Source of the DNA: an uncultured Candidatus Saccharibacteria bacterium
Lineage (GTDB): Bacteria; Patescibacteriota; Minisyncoccia; Phycocordibacterales; EsbW-18
DNA: 64,000 nucleotides
Assembly (NCBI GenBank): GCA_964520295.1
Contig: CAZFMQ010000002.1
Span: forward strand, 50,379 to 114,378
Direction: 5' to 3'
How positions within the stretch are numbered: the first letter of the stretch is position 1; the number at the start of each line of letters is the position of its first letter. Positions 49,835-59,503 of the stretch are shown here, piece by piece. The notes under the pieces are model-generated. The model was given only the letters and a program-made list of their open reading frames with translations, made no database searches and was not told where the DNA came from. The position numbers and the translations under genes are program-made.

Positions 49835-50210
49835 CATCGTCAGTGCCGCCCCCGATACGTCGCACGATATCTTTGAAAATACGTGCACCCTTGCGCCAAC
49901 CCGTCAAACGCTTTCCTTTTCGCTTGCGTAATTCGCCGAGCAAGTCTCCTTGTGCAATATCAATAGCGGCGTAGAGATCATCTTTTTGCGCCACAGCGCG
50001 CAACAGATCACCAGGAAGAGAGAGGTTAATTTCACATCTAAAAATATCTCCTGATTGATGATGGTGTGTTGTTTTGCCAATTTCTACATCTGCTTGCGTG
50101 GCAGTTTCAGAACCAATGAATTTCTCCACTGCTTGCAATTTATCTTCAACATACTGACGTAGTGCAGGAGTAAGTTCCATCCCTGTTGCTTTGAGTGCGA
50201 TATTGATCAT
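49824..50210 (-). CDS. hpf: Ribosome hibernation promoting factor / RaiA (short form)
   Basis: S30AE family: MINIALKATGMELTPALRQYVEDKL... Confidence 0.75.
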   Translation of the reverse strand: MINIALKATGMELTPALRQYVEDKLQAVEKFIGSETATQADVEIGKTTHHHQSGDIFRCEINLSLPGDLLRAVAQKDDLYAAIDIAQGDLLGELRKRKGKRLTGWRKGARIFKDIVRRIGGGTDDVSA

Positions 50211-50250
50211 ACGTGTAGAAAATTAGAACGAATATACATACAGTATAGCA

Positions 50251-50285
50251 AAAGAAAAAACACCGCACGCATAGCGTACGGTGTT
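50251..50285 (-). terminator. Rho-independent terminator (minus strand) downstream of GC-rich small ORF
   Basis: aacaccgcacgc-atag-cgtacggtgtt (10/11 bp stem), followed on the minus strand by ttttttcttttg. Confidence 0.55.
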
Positions 50286-50312
50286 GAGTGTCGAGGGGTA
50301 AGGCGGCGAAGT

Positions 50313-50528
50313 TCAGGCCGTGGTGGCTCTGAGCTCTCCACCGAACAGGTCGGCGGAGAAGAAGCGCGGGCGGCGCTTCTTCGGCTGCGCACCGGTGGGC
50401 GCGCCGAGGCAGGTGCAGGTGGCACCACGAGACGACGAGTTTGCCTCGTCGTCCTGCCGGCGGCGATCCCGCTGACAGGAGAAGCTCTTGTCGCAGTCGC
50501 GGCGGTAGAATTCCTTCTTGCTCGCCAT
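50313..50528 (-). CDS. Small Arg/Cys-rich hypothetical protein (71 aa) in GC-rich insert; alternatively a structured ncRNA
   Basis: SD aaagggga lies upstream of the ATG (MASKKEFYRRDCDKSFSCQ...CTC...). GC is about 65%. Two perfect internal 9-10 bp hairpins sit within the ORF. A terminator lies downstream. Confidence 0.4.
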   Translation of the reverse strand: MASKKEFYRRDCDKSFSCQRDRRRQDDEANSSSRGATCTCLGAPTGAQPKKRRPRFFSADLFGGELRATTA

Positions 50529-50695
50529 CCTATTTCCCCTTTCCAAAAAACAAAAAAGATAACCGTTCATTCGGTTATCTACTATTAACTACAGTATCAG
50601 ATTTATTACTATTTGTCAAGTATACCCTTTTCTTGATTGTCTCTTCTCTGTGCCCCGATACCTTGTTCCCTGCTCCCCATTCCCCTATAAACGTG

Positions 50696-50729
50696 TAAAT
50701 GCCCACACTTGCGTGTGGACATTTACAAG
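50696..50729. promoter_or_regulatory. 15-bp imperfect palindrome in divergent promoter region (candidate operator)
   Basis: tgtaaatgcccacac-ttgc-gtgtggacatttaca (14/15 matches) between the divergent GC-rich small ORF and the GH18 gene. It is flanked by TATA-like boxes. Confidence 0.4.
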
Positions 50730-50853
50730 ACCTAGTATACCCACCTATGGAAACAATGCAATAGAGTTATCCACAATATTATAATAGGACACATTTTTAT
50801 TCTTTTGTAAAATATCTTGAAACTTTTTCTGTTTTACACGCTATACTATATGT

Positions 50854-52056
50854 ATGAATACACTACTAAAAAAAGTATGCGTGGGTCTATGTGCCCTTGC
50901 GCTCTGTGCCATTGCACTACCTACCTTTGCTCAAAAGAAAGATCTCACAGCCGATCTTGAAATATCGGGTTGGATTCCCTATTGGACCCCGACCACAGGA
51001 ACATCCGATGCCCGTAAAAATCTGGATACATTCAGCGTCCTCTTCCCCTTCACGTATTCTGTAAAGAGCGATGGAACTCTTCTTGAAAACGCCGACCTCA
51101 AGAAAAACCCGTGGAAGCGTCTTATTACTGCCGCAAAGAAAAAAGATGTGTTGATTATTCCAACCGTCATGTGGAGCAATACATCAGCAATGCATACCGT
51201 GCTCTCCATACCGCAGATGCGAGAGCAACATATTGATGAAATTGTGAAGATGGTGAAAAAAGGAAAATTTGATGGAGTTGATATTGACTACGAAGGCAAG
51301 TCAGCAGACACATATGCTGCATACGCCACCTTCCTCAAAGAACTCAAAGAAGAGCTCGGCAAAAAACTCATACTCTCATGCACCATTGAAGCGCGTACGC
51401 CACCTGAAAAACTCTACCGTACGATGCCCGCTGATCTGCGCTACGCAAACGACTTCACGGCAATTGCTCAGCACTGTGATCGCGTCAACATCATGACGTA
51501 CGATCAGCAACGCGCCGTATATGCACTCAACGAAACATACACAGGCACACCATACGTACCTATCGCCGATACAGCGTGGGTTCGCGACGTCATTGAACTG
51601 ACCCTCAAAACTATTCCGAAAGAAAAACTCTCACTCGGCATCGCCACCTACGGTCATGAATACGAAGTAGTCGTCTACCCAAACGGCTACATGGAATACG
51701 GGCGCACAGGTGCATTCAATCCTTCATACGGTATCAAAACAGCCAAAAGCAATCGGGTAACGCCTGAGCGCAATATCGCAGGGGAACTCTTTTTCTCATT
51801 CCATGTAAACGATCATGCACCACAGGCAAGAACTGCAGTGTCATACGGCGCATCTGACGCCAATCGTGCATTCGCCCAAAGCAGTGCCTACACACGTGCT
51901 ACGCAAATCCCGTCCGTCTTTTACTACGCAACGTGGAGTGATGCAGAAGCAATTGAGGAAAAAATAGAGCTCGCACGCGAATACGACCTTCGTGGTGTTG
52001 CCATCTTCAAAATAGACGGCAATGAAGACAAGGCACTCTGGAAATTACTCAAGTAA
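50854..52056 (+). CDS. Secreted glycoside hydrolase family 18 (chitinase-like) protein
   Basis: A signal peptide and the GH18 catalytic motif DGVDIDYEG (DxxDxDxE). Confidence 0.7.
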   Translation: MNTLLKKVCVGLCALALCAIALPTFAQKKDLTADLEISGWIPYWTPTTGTSDARKNLDTFSVLFPFTYSVKSDGTLLENADLKKNPWKRLITAAKKKDVLIIPTVMWSNTSAMHTVLSIPQMREQHIDEIVKMVKKGKFDGVDIDYEGKSADTYAAYATFLKELKEELGKKLILSCTIEARTPPEKLYRTMPADLRYANDFTAIAQHCDRVNIMTYDQQRAVYALNETYTGTPYVPIADTAWVRDVIELTLKTIPKEKLSLGIATYGHEYEVVVYPNGYMEYGRTGAFNPSYGIKTAKSNRVTPERNIAGELFFSFHVNDHAPQARTAVSYGASDANRAFAQSSAYTRATQIPSVFYYATWSDAEAIEEKIELAREYDLRGVAIFKIDGNEDKALWKLLK

Positions 52057-52098
52057 TTACCTAAGCCTTTTCGCACGTATCTGCTATACTCTATCTCT

Positions 52099-52557
52099 GT
52101 GACTGCACCGCTTCCGAAAAAATACAGAAATATCAAACGCTCATTACGCGTTGGACGCTCCCGCACTGGTTTGGGTTTATTTACAGATGCACCGATAGAG
52201 CACAAAGCATTTATCATTGAATACACAGGGTCATTGCTCAATCGTGTAGAAGCAGACAAGCGCGGTGGCAAATACCTCTTTGAGACAAATCGCAATCGTT
52301 TTATAGACGGCAGTGCGCGCTCAAACATCGCCCGCTACATCAACCACTCGTGTGTGCCCAACTGCGAAGTAGAGATTTTCCGCGGACGCATTTATGTGTT
52401 CTCCCTCAAAAATATCCCGTCGGGCGCTGAACTCACATATGATTACCAAAAGGAGTATTTTGATGAGTACATCAAGCCGCACGGTTGTAAGTGTCCTGCT
52501 CCTGTCCACCGCTACGGCGACAAAAAGAACGCAAAATCAAAAAAGAAATCCTCATAA
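52099..52557 (+). CDS. SET-domain protein (putative lysine methyltransferase)
   Basis: The SET signature motifs NHSCVPNC and ELTYDY, and a GxG-like stretch near the N-terminus (GLGLFT). A GTG start is predicted. There is a C-terminal Cys cluster (CKCPAPVH). Confidence 0.7.
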   Translation: MTAPLPKKYRNIKRSLRVGRSRTGLGLFTDAPIEHKAFIIEYTGSLLNRVEADKRGGKYLFETNRNRFIDGSARSNIARYINHSCVPNCEVEIFRGRIYVFSLKNIPSGAELTYDYQKEYFDEYIKPHGCKCPAPVHRYGDKKNAKSKKKSS

Positions 52558-52591
52558 AGAGGATTTCTTTTTTGCGTGATACCATGCGGGC

Positions 52592-53488
52592 ATGGAACAT
52601 ATTGCAGGACTGCGCACTGGTGTAACGCTCGCACCCTATAGCACCTACGCTATCGGTGGCCCGGCGGATTATTTTGTAGCCGCACAATCCAAACAGCACC
52701 TGCGTGATGCAATCGCGGCGGCACAAAAAGTCGGTATGCCATTTTTCATACTCGGCTGCGGTGCCAATGTGCTTTTTGGTGATAAAGGATTCCGTGGCAT
52801 GGTCATAAAAAATGAAGCACGAGCATACCGATTTGAAGACACCACACTGATTGCAGAAAGCGGCGCAACTATTGAAGAACTCATACACGCTAGCGCTGAG
52901 CGTAATCTCTCTGGTATGGAGCATTTTGCCGGCATTCCAAGCACGGTAGGCGGAGCACTATGGCAAAATCTGCACTTCCTATCCCCTGACCGAACGCGCA
53001 CCGTTTTTATTGCAGAAATCTTTGAACGTGCAGAGATAGTGGACACGAACGGAAATATACATACTCTGGACGCGCGCGATTTTGAATTTGGATACGATCA
53101 CAGCATTTTACACACACAAACGCTCATCGTCCTTGAAGCGCGTTTTGTACTGCACATAAAACCAAAAAACGAGATACTAGCGCAAGCAGCGGCGAATCTC
53201 GCATGGCGCGCAGAAAAACAACCGGACATCGCAACATATCCTTCCTGTGGTTCGGTGTTCAAAAAGATAGACGGCATCGGCGCTGGGCGCCTCATTGATC
53301 AAGTCGGGCTCAAAGGCGCGCGCATCGGTGGCATCGCCGTGTCAGAAAAACACGCAAACTTTCTGGTGAATATGGGCGGCGGCACCGCATCGGACGTGCG
53401 CGCGCTGATTGCACACATTCAAGAGCGCGTGCGTGCAGAGACAGGGCACCTGCTGGAGCCCGAAATCAGCTTTATAGGAGAGTTTTGA
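52592..53488 (+). CDS. murB: UDP-N-acetylenolpyruvoylglucosamine reductase
   Basis: A FAD-binding domain (GGPADYFV, ILGCGANVLF) and the MurB C-terminal domain. Confidence 0.85.
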   Translation: MEHIAGLRTGVTLAPYSTYAIGGPADYFVAAQSKQHLRDAIAAAQKVGMPFFILGCGANVLFGDKGFRGMVIKNEARAYRFEDTTLIAESGATIEELIHASAERNLSGMEHFAGIPSTVGGALWQNLHFLSPDRTRTVFIAEIFERAEIVDTNGNIHTLDARDFEFGYDHSILHTQTLIVLEARFVLHIKPKNEILAQAAANLAWRAEKQPDIATYPSCGSVFKKIDGIGAGRLIDQVGLKGARIGGIAVSEKHANFLVNMGGGTASDVRALIAHIQERVRAETGHLLEPEISFIGEF

Positions 53489-53499
53489 AAATCAACGCC

Positions 53500-53916
53500 T
53501 TATCTCCTGCGTAACGAGAGGAGCGCTAATACAAATATATAGATCAGGTGATCATCTACAATTGGATTGTTTGTTGGCAACAGCAGCGCAAGATACATGA
53601 GCGCAAGCATAACAATACCCACGAGTGCTCCCCATCGCACATACCTATTGAATAGCAATGTGCAACCCACAAAGAGCAAACCGAGCATAAATAACCAATC
53701 GATAAACATCACGCCTGACAAACTGTTAAATATTTCAGCAAACGGACCTCGCACTGCATTTGCCAAAAACCCCGCCGTGGGTGATCCACCATTAATCCAC
53801 GCTTTTTCAGCCACAGTTGCAAAACCCAAACCAAATGTTTTATCTAAAAACGCCCACAAAAAGGTAAAACCCATCATGAGACGCAAACCACCAAGAATAT
53901 ATTTTTCTTTAAGCAT
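53500..53916 (-). CDS. DoxX-family membrane protein
   Basis: Four TM helices. LRLMMGFTFLWAFLDK is typical of the DoxX N-terminus. Confidence 0.55.
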   Translation of the reverse strand: MLKEKYILGGLRLMMGFTFLWAFLDKTFGLGFATVAEKAWINGGSPTAGFLANAVRGPFAEIFNSLSGVMFIDWLFMLGLLFVGCTLLFNRYVRWGALVGIVMLALMYLALLLPTNNPIVDDHLIYIFVLALLSLRRR

Positions 53917-53999
53917 ACAAATCTGTAACTAGTAAATGTTTTTTATTTTTCACCACAATAAGTATAGCAAAACAGCTCGAGAACAAATACAATATCTCT

Positions 54000-54248
54000 A
54001 TGGCAAAAAGAATTTCTCAAGGCGTTGTGCATATGCTCCCCGCAGATGTACGGAATGTACTTGCATCAACACCCGCAATGTTGAAGGTATGGGAAGATAT
54101 TACTCCATTGGCACGTAATGAGTGGATTTGTTGGATTACATCCGCCAAACAAGCAGAAACACGAGCACGCAGATTATGCATCGCTCGCGAAAATCTTCAA
54201 AAAGGCAAACGCCGCCCGTGCTGTTGGGCGGGCTGTATGCACCGATAA
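54000..54248 (+). CDS. YdeI/OmpD-associated (DUF1801-like) small protein
   Basis: The C-terminal motif EWICWITSAKQAETRARRL matches the YdeI/OmdA signature (W.sAK..eTR.kR). Confidence 0.5.
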   Translation: MAKRISQGVVHMLPADVRNVLASTPAMLKVWEDITPLARNEWICWITSAKQAETRARRLCIARENLQKGKRRPCCWAGCMHR

Positions 54249-54424
54249 AACCCTTGTTGGCACTTACAAATGCGTTTCCAAAAACTCTAACGTCTCCTCC
54301 CATGCATCTCGCGTTTCATTAGGTGCATAGTTTGGACCTCTTGGACGAAGTTAGAACCCTTTTACTACAAGGAGAAAGTGAGTTTTACTATCGCTGTCCA
54401 TCGTTTGCTATGCCAATATAAAAA

Positions 54425-54760
54425 CTATTTTTGTAGTTTCTTTGTGATACGACCTTCTTTTATTTCATAACCTTCGGAAATAAGACGATTATGTATTCCA
54501 CGAAGAACATCTCCAAGCTCTGAAATTGCTTTGATGCTTTCATCTGTAAGTGCTGGCTTTTTCACCCCACCTTGTTCATCACTATTTATTTTCTTGTAGA
54601 GATGTGGGTTTTGTTTCTTATCCTGCTTGAGTAGCCAATCAAAAGCTCCGAGTAAATTGTGAGTAGCTTCCCACGCTTCACTATCAGAATACTCAACTCC
54701 ATACTGTTCTTTGAACATCTTTTTGAAACTGGCGACAGTTTCGGGAGAAATATGGACCAT
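54425..54760 (-). CDS. Hypothetical protein (island)
   Basis: 111 aa, AT-rich codon usage, no recognisable motifs. Confidence 0.4.
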   Translation of the reverse strand: MVHISPETVASFKKMFKEQYGVEYSDSEAWEATHNLLGAFDWLLKQDKKQNPHLYKKINSDEQGGVKKPALTDESIKAISELGDVLRGIHNRLISEGYEIKEGRITKKLQK

Positions 54761-54766
54761 TACTTT

Positions 54767-55162
54767 CTATATATTTTTATCAAGAAACTTTTTGAGAGCG
54801 ACCAAATCTTTTTTATCTTTGTCGTAATGATATGAGACAATCCCAACTGATTGAGCAGATTTTACAGCATCGGGATTATGCTCAAAATACACAACATCAT
54901 TTACACTCCAACCATTTTGCTCAAGTAGAGTTTTGAAATAGAGAGGTTCTGGTTTATCTGGATTATGCTTCATTGTAAAAACAGAATACGGGATAGAGTT
55001 CAGACCGAACTGGACCATTTGTTCATCATTTGCATTTGTGAGTATAAGTTTTGGGTTCGGATATGTCTCAAGAAGGTCAAAGAGTTCTTTGTATTGCACA
55101 TATTCTCCAGCTCCATTTTTTATTATTGCTGTATTTACAGCATCAACAAGTATAGTTTTCAT
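54767..55162 (-). CDS. HAD-superfamily hydrolase-like protein with atypical motif I (DAVNT)
   Basis: Motif I ILVDAVNT (nucleophile Asp present, second Asp replaced), motif II ILTNA, motif III Lys and motif IV FEHNPD. Confidence 0.45.
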   Translation of the reverse strand: MKTILVDAVNTAIIKNGAGEYVQYKELFDLLETYPNPKLILTNANDEQMVQFGLNSIPYSVFTMKHNPDKPEPLYFKTLLEQNGWSVNDVVYFEHNPDAVKSAQSVGIVSYHYDKDKKDLVALKKFLDKNI

Positions 55163-55163
55163 A

Positions 55164-57707
55164 TTATTTCTTTTTCAATTCTTCAAGCAACTTCAACTGC
55201 TCACGCTGGAGTGAAGCATCAAAGATGATGTGATACTCAAAGTTCTTATTTACACTCTGGAACTCATTGAACCCAATCTCTTTTGCCAAAATCTCGTTTG
55301 TAAGATTTTCAATCTTACCTTTGTATGACTGCTTGTTTGTTTCGTAGTCAGTTTTTTCATCACTTCCTTTTGCTTCCACTACAATAAAGCGTTTTGTTGT
55401 CTCAATGAGAAAATCTGGAAAGTATCGTGCCACTCTCTTTTGCTCTGGGCTCCAGTATTCAAAATAGAAGTCAGTCCTGCTCGGGTCCGCACACACACGG
55501 GCTCCAGTAAAGTAAACATCTTTGATTGTCTCGTCTTTATCAAGCACATCTCGGAGGTATCGGAACAAATCTTTTTCATCACCGCTATCAAACGCATACG
55601 GATTGATATGGAAGCCAAGACGACCCTTTCGCCCTTCTTCTGCTTCGGCTTCTTTGTATACCACAAGCGTATTCCTGCCTTGCTGGACACTGATTTTGAA
55701 CGGAAAGAGTTTTGTGAGCTCAATTTCTTCTTCAATAATATCCGTCTTTTCTTCATACTTGTATGCACTGCGGAGGATTTCTTGTATCACGAAAGGCACG
55801 AGAGCAAAGTTCTCGTTTACCATTTCAACAAAAGCATCTCGCTTCTTACCGCTTCCAGTGATAATGCTTTCAATAGTGAGACAAGGGAGATGTGTATAGC
55901 GATTGATGATTTCTGCTATCTCATAGAAAGTGAAATCACTTTTGTCTTCAAGTTTTCGGACTGCACGAGCTTCTTTGTATACAGCTTCGCCGTCTTCTCC
56001 GAGAGCGATGCTTCCTTCACTCACAAATGATTGATACTGCTCTGGCTTCCATTTCTTCCAATCAATCTTGATACTCTCTGCGTTTGCTTCTTGCACCGCT
56101 AAAATCTCTTTGAGAACTTTCTTTACTTTGATTGTCTTTCGCTTCTCAACTTCAAGCGTATGCTCAACCATCTTTTGGTCCTGTGCGTTCAATTCACTGA
56201 TGCTTGATGAGAAGTTATTGCGAAGCTCTTTGTCCAAGATAGTAGCTGTTTCTTTTGAGAGAAAGATACTTGCCCGAGTAGAATTGTCGCCGATAGAACG
56301 AAGACATCGTGTTGTAGATTGAAGCACGAGAATAGTGCTTTTCGGCTTCTTGTAGAGTGCCACAGAGACAAGTGAGCGACAGTTCCATCCTTCTGTGCCT
56401 TTGCCCACCAAGAGCACAAAACGCTTCTTACTGTCTGCGGTATCAAGAGCTTTGAACTCATCAGCATTGTCTTCGGCTTCTGTGTGATATTCCAAGATTG
56501 TATCAAGTGAGATATTTTTCTCGGCTAAAATACGCTCAAGTTTTGGCTTCAAATCATTTTGCAAATCAGCAATGCTTGATGCGTAAAAAGCAATTTTTGG
56601 CAATCGTCCTTCAAGCCGTCTTGTGCCATATTCAGAGATGAAAACATCCACCACTTCTTCAATGAACTTCTGGGACCGCACGACACCATAGTCAAAAATC
56701 TTCACCTTCTTGAGTATTCCTTTTTCAATACCTTGCTTCAATCCAAAGTGATACACCACATCGGCAATCATCTTGTTGTTTACATAGGGCGTTCCAGTGA
56801 GGTTCACCACAGAGATGAGTGGAGTGTGCTTGTGAAGATAATCAATCGTCTGGCGTGTTTTCTTCAAATCTCCTTCAAGGTTTTTGCCGTATGAGTGATG
56901 AGCTTCGTCCACGAATATTTGGAGCGAGCCGAGCTGTCGGATTGCTTGCAAACGCATATTCTCAATCTCTCTTTTCTCAAGCTCGTTTTTATCTCCAAAC
57001 AATCGCTTGGTAGCATTGTCGCCATTACTGCTTCGTGTCTTCAAGATAATCTTCTGCGAGTTTGAAACGATAACATTGTAATTGCCAACTGGAGCAAGTG
57101 CGGTATCAGTGCTTTCAAGATAGTGATACTTTATATTCAAAATAATGTTTTCATACTCTTTTGGGAGGACCCGAGAATAGTCAAAGGTTTTGATTTCTTT
57201 TAAGCTCTCAATGATTGTGGTATCGGGAGCAAATACAAGAGCGTTTTTTGCGAAGCGTTCATCGTCTTTGTGATAATACGAAAGCACAAAATCATAGAGC
57301 ATCATTACCGCCATCAAAATTGTTTTACCCGAACCCATCGTCAGTGCATACACTTGGTTTGCATAGTCAGAGGTCCCGAACTTTTCATCAAGGATGACTT
57401 GTATCTTTTCTTCCTTCTTTACATCTCGCATCAACGCAAGCGTTTCTTTATCAGTAAGCCCGAGCCCTTGCATAAAATCAATCTCGTTCTCAAAAGAGTT
57501 TTTGAAAATCTCAACCGATGGCTTGTTGCCGATAACTTCTTTCAAGAAAATGTATGTCTCAAGAGCTTCAATCTGTGGTCCGTGCAAAAAAGACACTCGC
57601 TTGATATGAGTGAGTATATTTTCTGTCTCTTTGTGGACCCCTTTGTATCCATCAGCACGCCATTTCTCAACGAGCTTTTGGATATTTTGTAGAAATAAAC
57701 TGTCCAT
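55164..57707 (-). CDS. res: Type III restriction enzyme Res subunit (SF2 helicase + PD-(D/E)XK nuclease)
   Basis: Helicase motif I ALTMGSGKT, motif II FVDEAHH, and a C-terminal nuclease motif PDFLIE...VVEAKG. Confidence 0.8.
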   Translation of the reverse strand: MDSLFLQNIQKLVEKWRADGYKGVHKETENILTHIKRVSFLHGPQIEALETYIFLKEVIGNKPSVEIFKNSFENEIDFMQGLGLTDKETLALMRDVKKEEKIQVILDEKFGTSDYANQVYALTMGSGKTILMAVMMLYDFVLSYYHKDDERFAKNALVFAPDTTIIESLKEIKTFDYSRVLPKEYENIILNIKYHYLESTDTALAPVGNYNVIVSNSQKIILKTRSSNGDNATKRLFGDKNELEKREIENMRLQAIRQLGSLQIFVDEAHHSYGKNLEGDLKKTRQTIDYLHKHTPLISVVNLTGTPYVNNKMIADVVYHFGLKQGIEKGILKKVKIFDYGVVRSQKFIEEVVDVFISEYGTRRLEGRLPKIAFYASSIADLQNDLKPKLERILAEKNISLDTILEYHTEAEDNADEFKALDTADSKKRFVLLVGKGTEGWNCRSLVSVALYKKPKSTILVLQSTTRCLRSIGDNSTRASIFLSKETATILDKELRNNFSSSISELNAQDQKMVEHTLEVEKRKTIKVKKVLKEILAVQEANAESIKIDWKKWKPEQYQSFVSEGSIALGEDGEAVYKEARAVRKLEDKSDFTFYEIAEIINRYTHLPCLTIESIITGSGKKRDAFVEMVNENFALVPFVIQEILRSAYKYEEKTDIIEEEIELTKLFPFKISVQQGRNTLVVYKEAEAEEGRKGRLGFHINPYAFDSGDEKDLFRYLRDVLDKDETIKDVYFTGARVCADPSRTDFYFEYWSPEQKRVARYFPDFLIETTKRFIVVEAKGSDEKTDYETNKQSYKGKIENLTNEILAKEIGFNEFQSVNKNFEYHIIFDASLQREQLKLLEELKKK

Positions 57708-57711
57708 AGTT

Positions 57712-59475
57712 TTATGCGTTTACTTCAAAGGTTTCAAAGTATTCTTCGCCGAGCACATCCACGACCTTGATGGCGACAGTATATTTGCCTTTCTTTGGAT
57801 ACTCCCACGAATACTTTGCCTTGATAACCTCTTTCTTATCTGGCAAGTCCATCACTTCGGCATTGAACAGCTTGCCGTTGTAATCAACATCAATCGCTAC
57901 GCTATCAATAATCTGTTTGAAATCTTCAACCTTTGCTTTGTGGTCCTTCTTCAACACCTTTTCATTTTCAATCTCCAGCTTCCGCATCAGTATCGGAGAA
58001 TAGAAATCTTTGAGCTCCACAGAGAGTTTCTTGTCTTTTGCTTTCACATCAATCTTCGCTTCTGGTTTCTTCTTGAAGATGAGATTTTTCTTGTCAGTCA
58101 AAATGTCTCGGACCTCTATCTTAACACCCGTCTTGTTTTCTTTCTTGATAAAATCAAGCACATCAAGCTCCATACCAGAGCAGATGACAAGCACGCCTTC
58201 TTCATACACTGGCTCGCCAGCTTTTGATTTTGTCTTCACTGTAAAGCCGTCTTTTTTATCATCCACATTTTTGATGAGTGTGCGAATATCCATCTTGTTG
58301 AGCACTCTGTTCATCGGCATCACTTTCACAAAGTTTTTATCAAGCACACCATCAAAGTATGTTCGCTTTACTGGCTCTACTCCATACATCTCCATTACGA
58401 TTTCTTTTGCTTCAATCTCGTTCTTGAAGACATCATAATCGTTCACATTGAGCACTTTGAAACCGAGAGAACCTTTGAAGCCCTTTGTTTTTTCTTTTTG
58501 CTGGTCCGAAACTATCTGATTGAGATACTTTGCTGTTGTCTGTATTGAGCCGAGATTTATATCGCATCCAATCCATTTTCGCCCCAGTTTTTGTGCAACT
58601 CCACAAGTAGTCCCAGAGCCAACAAAAAAGTCAGCGACAACATCTCCTTCATTTGATGATGCCTTGATTATTCTCGCAAGCAGATTTTCATTTTTTTGCG
58701 TAGGATAGTTTCTCTTTTCACCACTAAAACTCATAATCTGGATACTATCCATACTATCCAATTCATTACAGTTCCAAGTATCTTCAATGGGGTATCCTTC
58801 TCCTTCTGGTTTTGCTCCATCTCTGCGTTTGTAATCCGCTGGGTATTTTATGTATTCCTTATTGAAAGTATGATGTTCTTTGTTTTTTGAGTAGTAGAAA
58901 ATTACATCGTGATTTCGTATCCAGTTTTTTGCAACTGATTTATAGCCAGAAATCCAACCTATACGCCAGATTATCTCTCGCTGGAAGTTTTCAACTCCAA
59001 ATACTTCATCAAGTATTATTTTTATATAGTGAGAGCGTTTCTCGTCCATATGGACATAAATACTTCCAGTTTCAGACAAGAGCTCTCTCATCAATACCAA
59101 TCTTTCGTATATAAATTGTAAATACTCATCTCTCTCCCAAATATCCGTATATTGTTTTTCTTCAAAAAGTCCTTGTCCAACTCCTTCAACTTGCTCACCT
59201 CGTATTTTTACTTTGCGAACATAATCCGCCTTACTATCAAACGGAGGGTCAATGTATATCAAATCAATCTTGCCACGATATTGTTTCAATAGATGTGAAA
59301 GGACCTGCAAGTTATCGCCCCAAAATAGTTTATTGAAATCTTTTGCTTCCTTGTCTCCATACACTTCTGTCTCTTGTGCTGGATAAAATTGAACACTCTC
59401 AAGAGGTTTTTTACCAACCCATTGTAGAAGTGGACGACCTTTTGCTTGTTCTACTTTTTGATAATCATTTTTCAT
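57712..59475 (-). CDS. mod: Type III R-M Mod subunit (beta-class N6-adenine/N4-cytosine DNA methyltransferase)
   Basis: Motif IV DPPF (LIYIDPPFD) precedes motif I FFVGSGTT, which is the beta-class order typical of Mod. There is a Lys-rich C-terminal extension of about 280 aa. Confidence 0.8.
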   Translation of the reverse strand: MKNDYQKVEQAKGRPLLQWVGKKPLESVQFYPAQETEVYGDKEAKDFNKLFWGDNLQVLSHLLKQYRGKIDLIYIDPPFDSKADYVRKVKIRGEQVEGVGQGLFEEKQYTDIWERDEYLQFIYERLVLMRELLSETGSIYVHMDEKRSHYIKIILDEVFGVENFQREIIWRIGWISGYKSVAKNWIRNHDVIFYYSKNKEHHTFNKEYIKYPADYKRRDGAKPEGEGYPIEDTWNCNELDSMDSIQIMSFSGEKRNYPTQKNENLLARIIKASSNEGDVVADFFVGSGTTCGVAQKLGRKWIGCDINLGSIQTTAKYLNQIVSDQQKEKTKGFKGSLGFKVLNVNDYDVFKNEIEAKEIVMEMYGVEPVKRTYFDGVLDKNFVKVMPMNRVLNKMDIRTLIKNVDDKKDGFTVKTKSKAGEPVYEEGVLVICSGMELDVLDFIKKENKTGVKIEVRDILTDKKNLIFKKKPEAKIDVKAKDKKLSVELKDFYSPILMRKLEIENEKVLKKDHKAKVEDFKQIIDSVAIDVDYNGKLFNAEVMDLPDKKEVIKAKYSWEYPKKGKYTVAIKVVDVLGEEYFETFEVNA

Positions 59476-59503
59476 AGTAATTGTAATCTTGGTTAGGGTG
59501 TCC

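Noticed and set aside
50441-50698. 85-aa plus-strand ORF (MPRRPAGGDPADRRSS...) across the GC-rich island
   Set aside because: It is the reverse frame of the structured GC-rich segment. It has no start context and is oriented against the mapped terminator.
54250-54450. Direct repeat of the tRNA-Asn 3' end marking the distal island boundary (attL/attR)
   Set aside because: The region was looked through by eye and no convincing copy of the tRNA 3' segment was found. The boundary is defined only by the GC shift, and a proper alignment search is needed.
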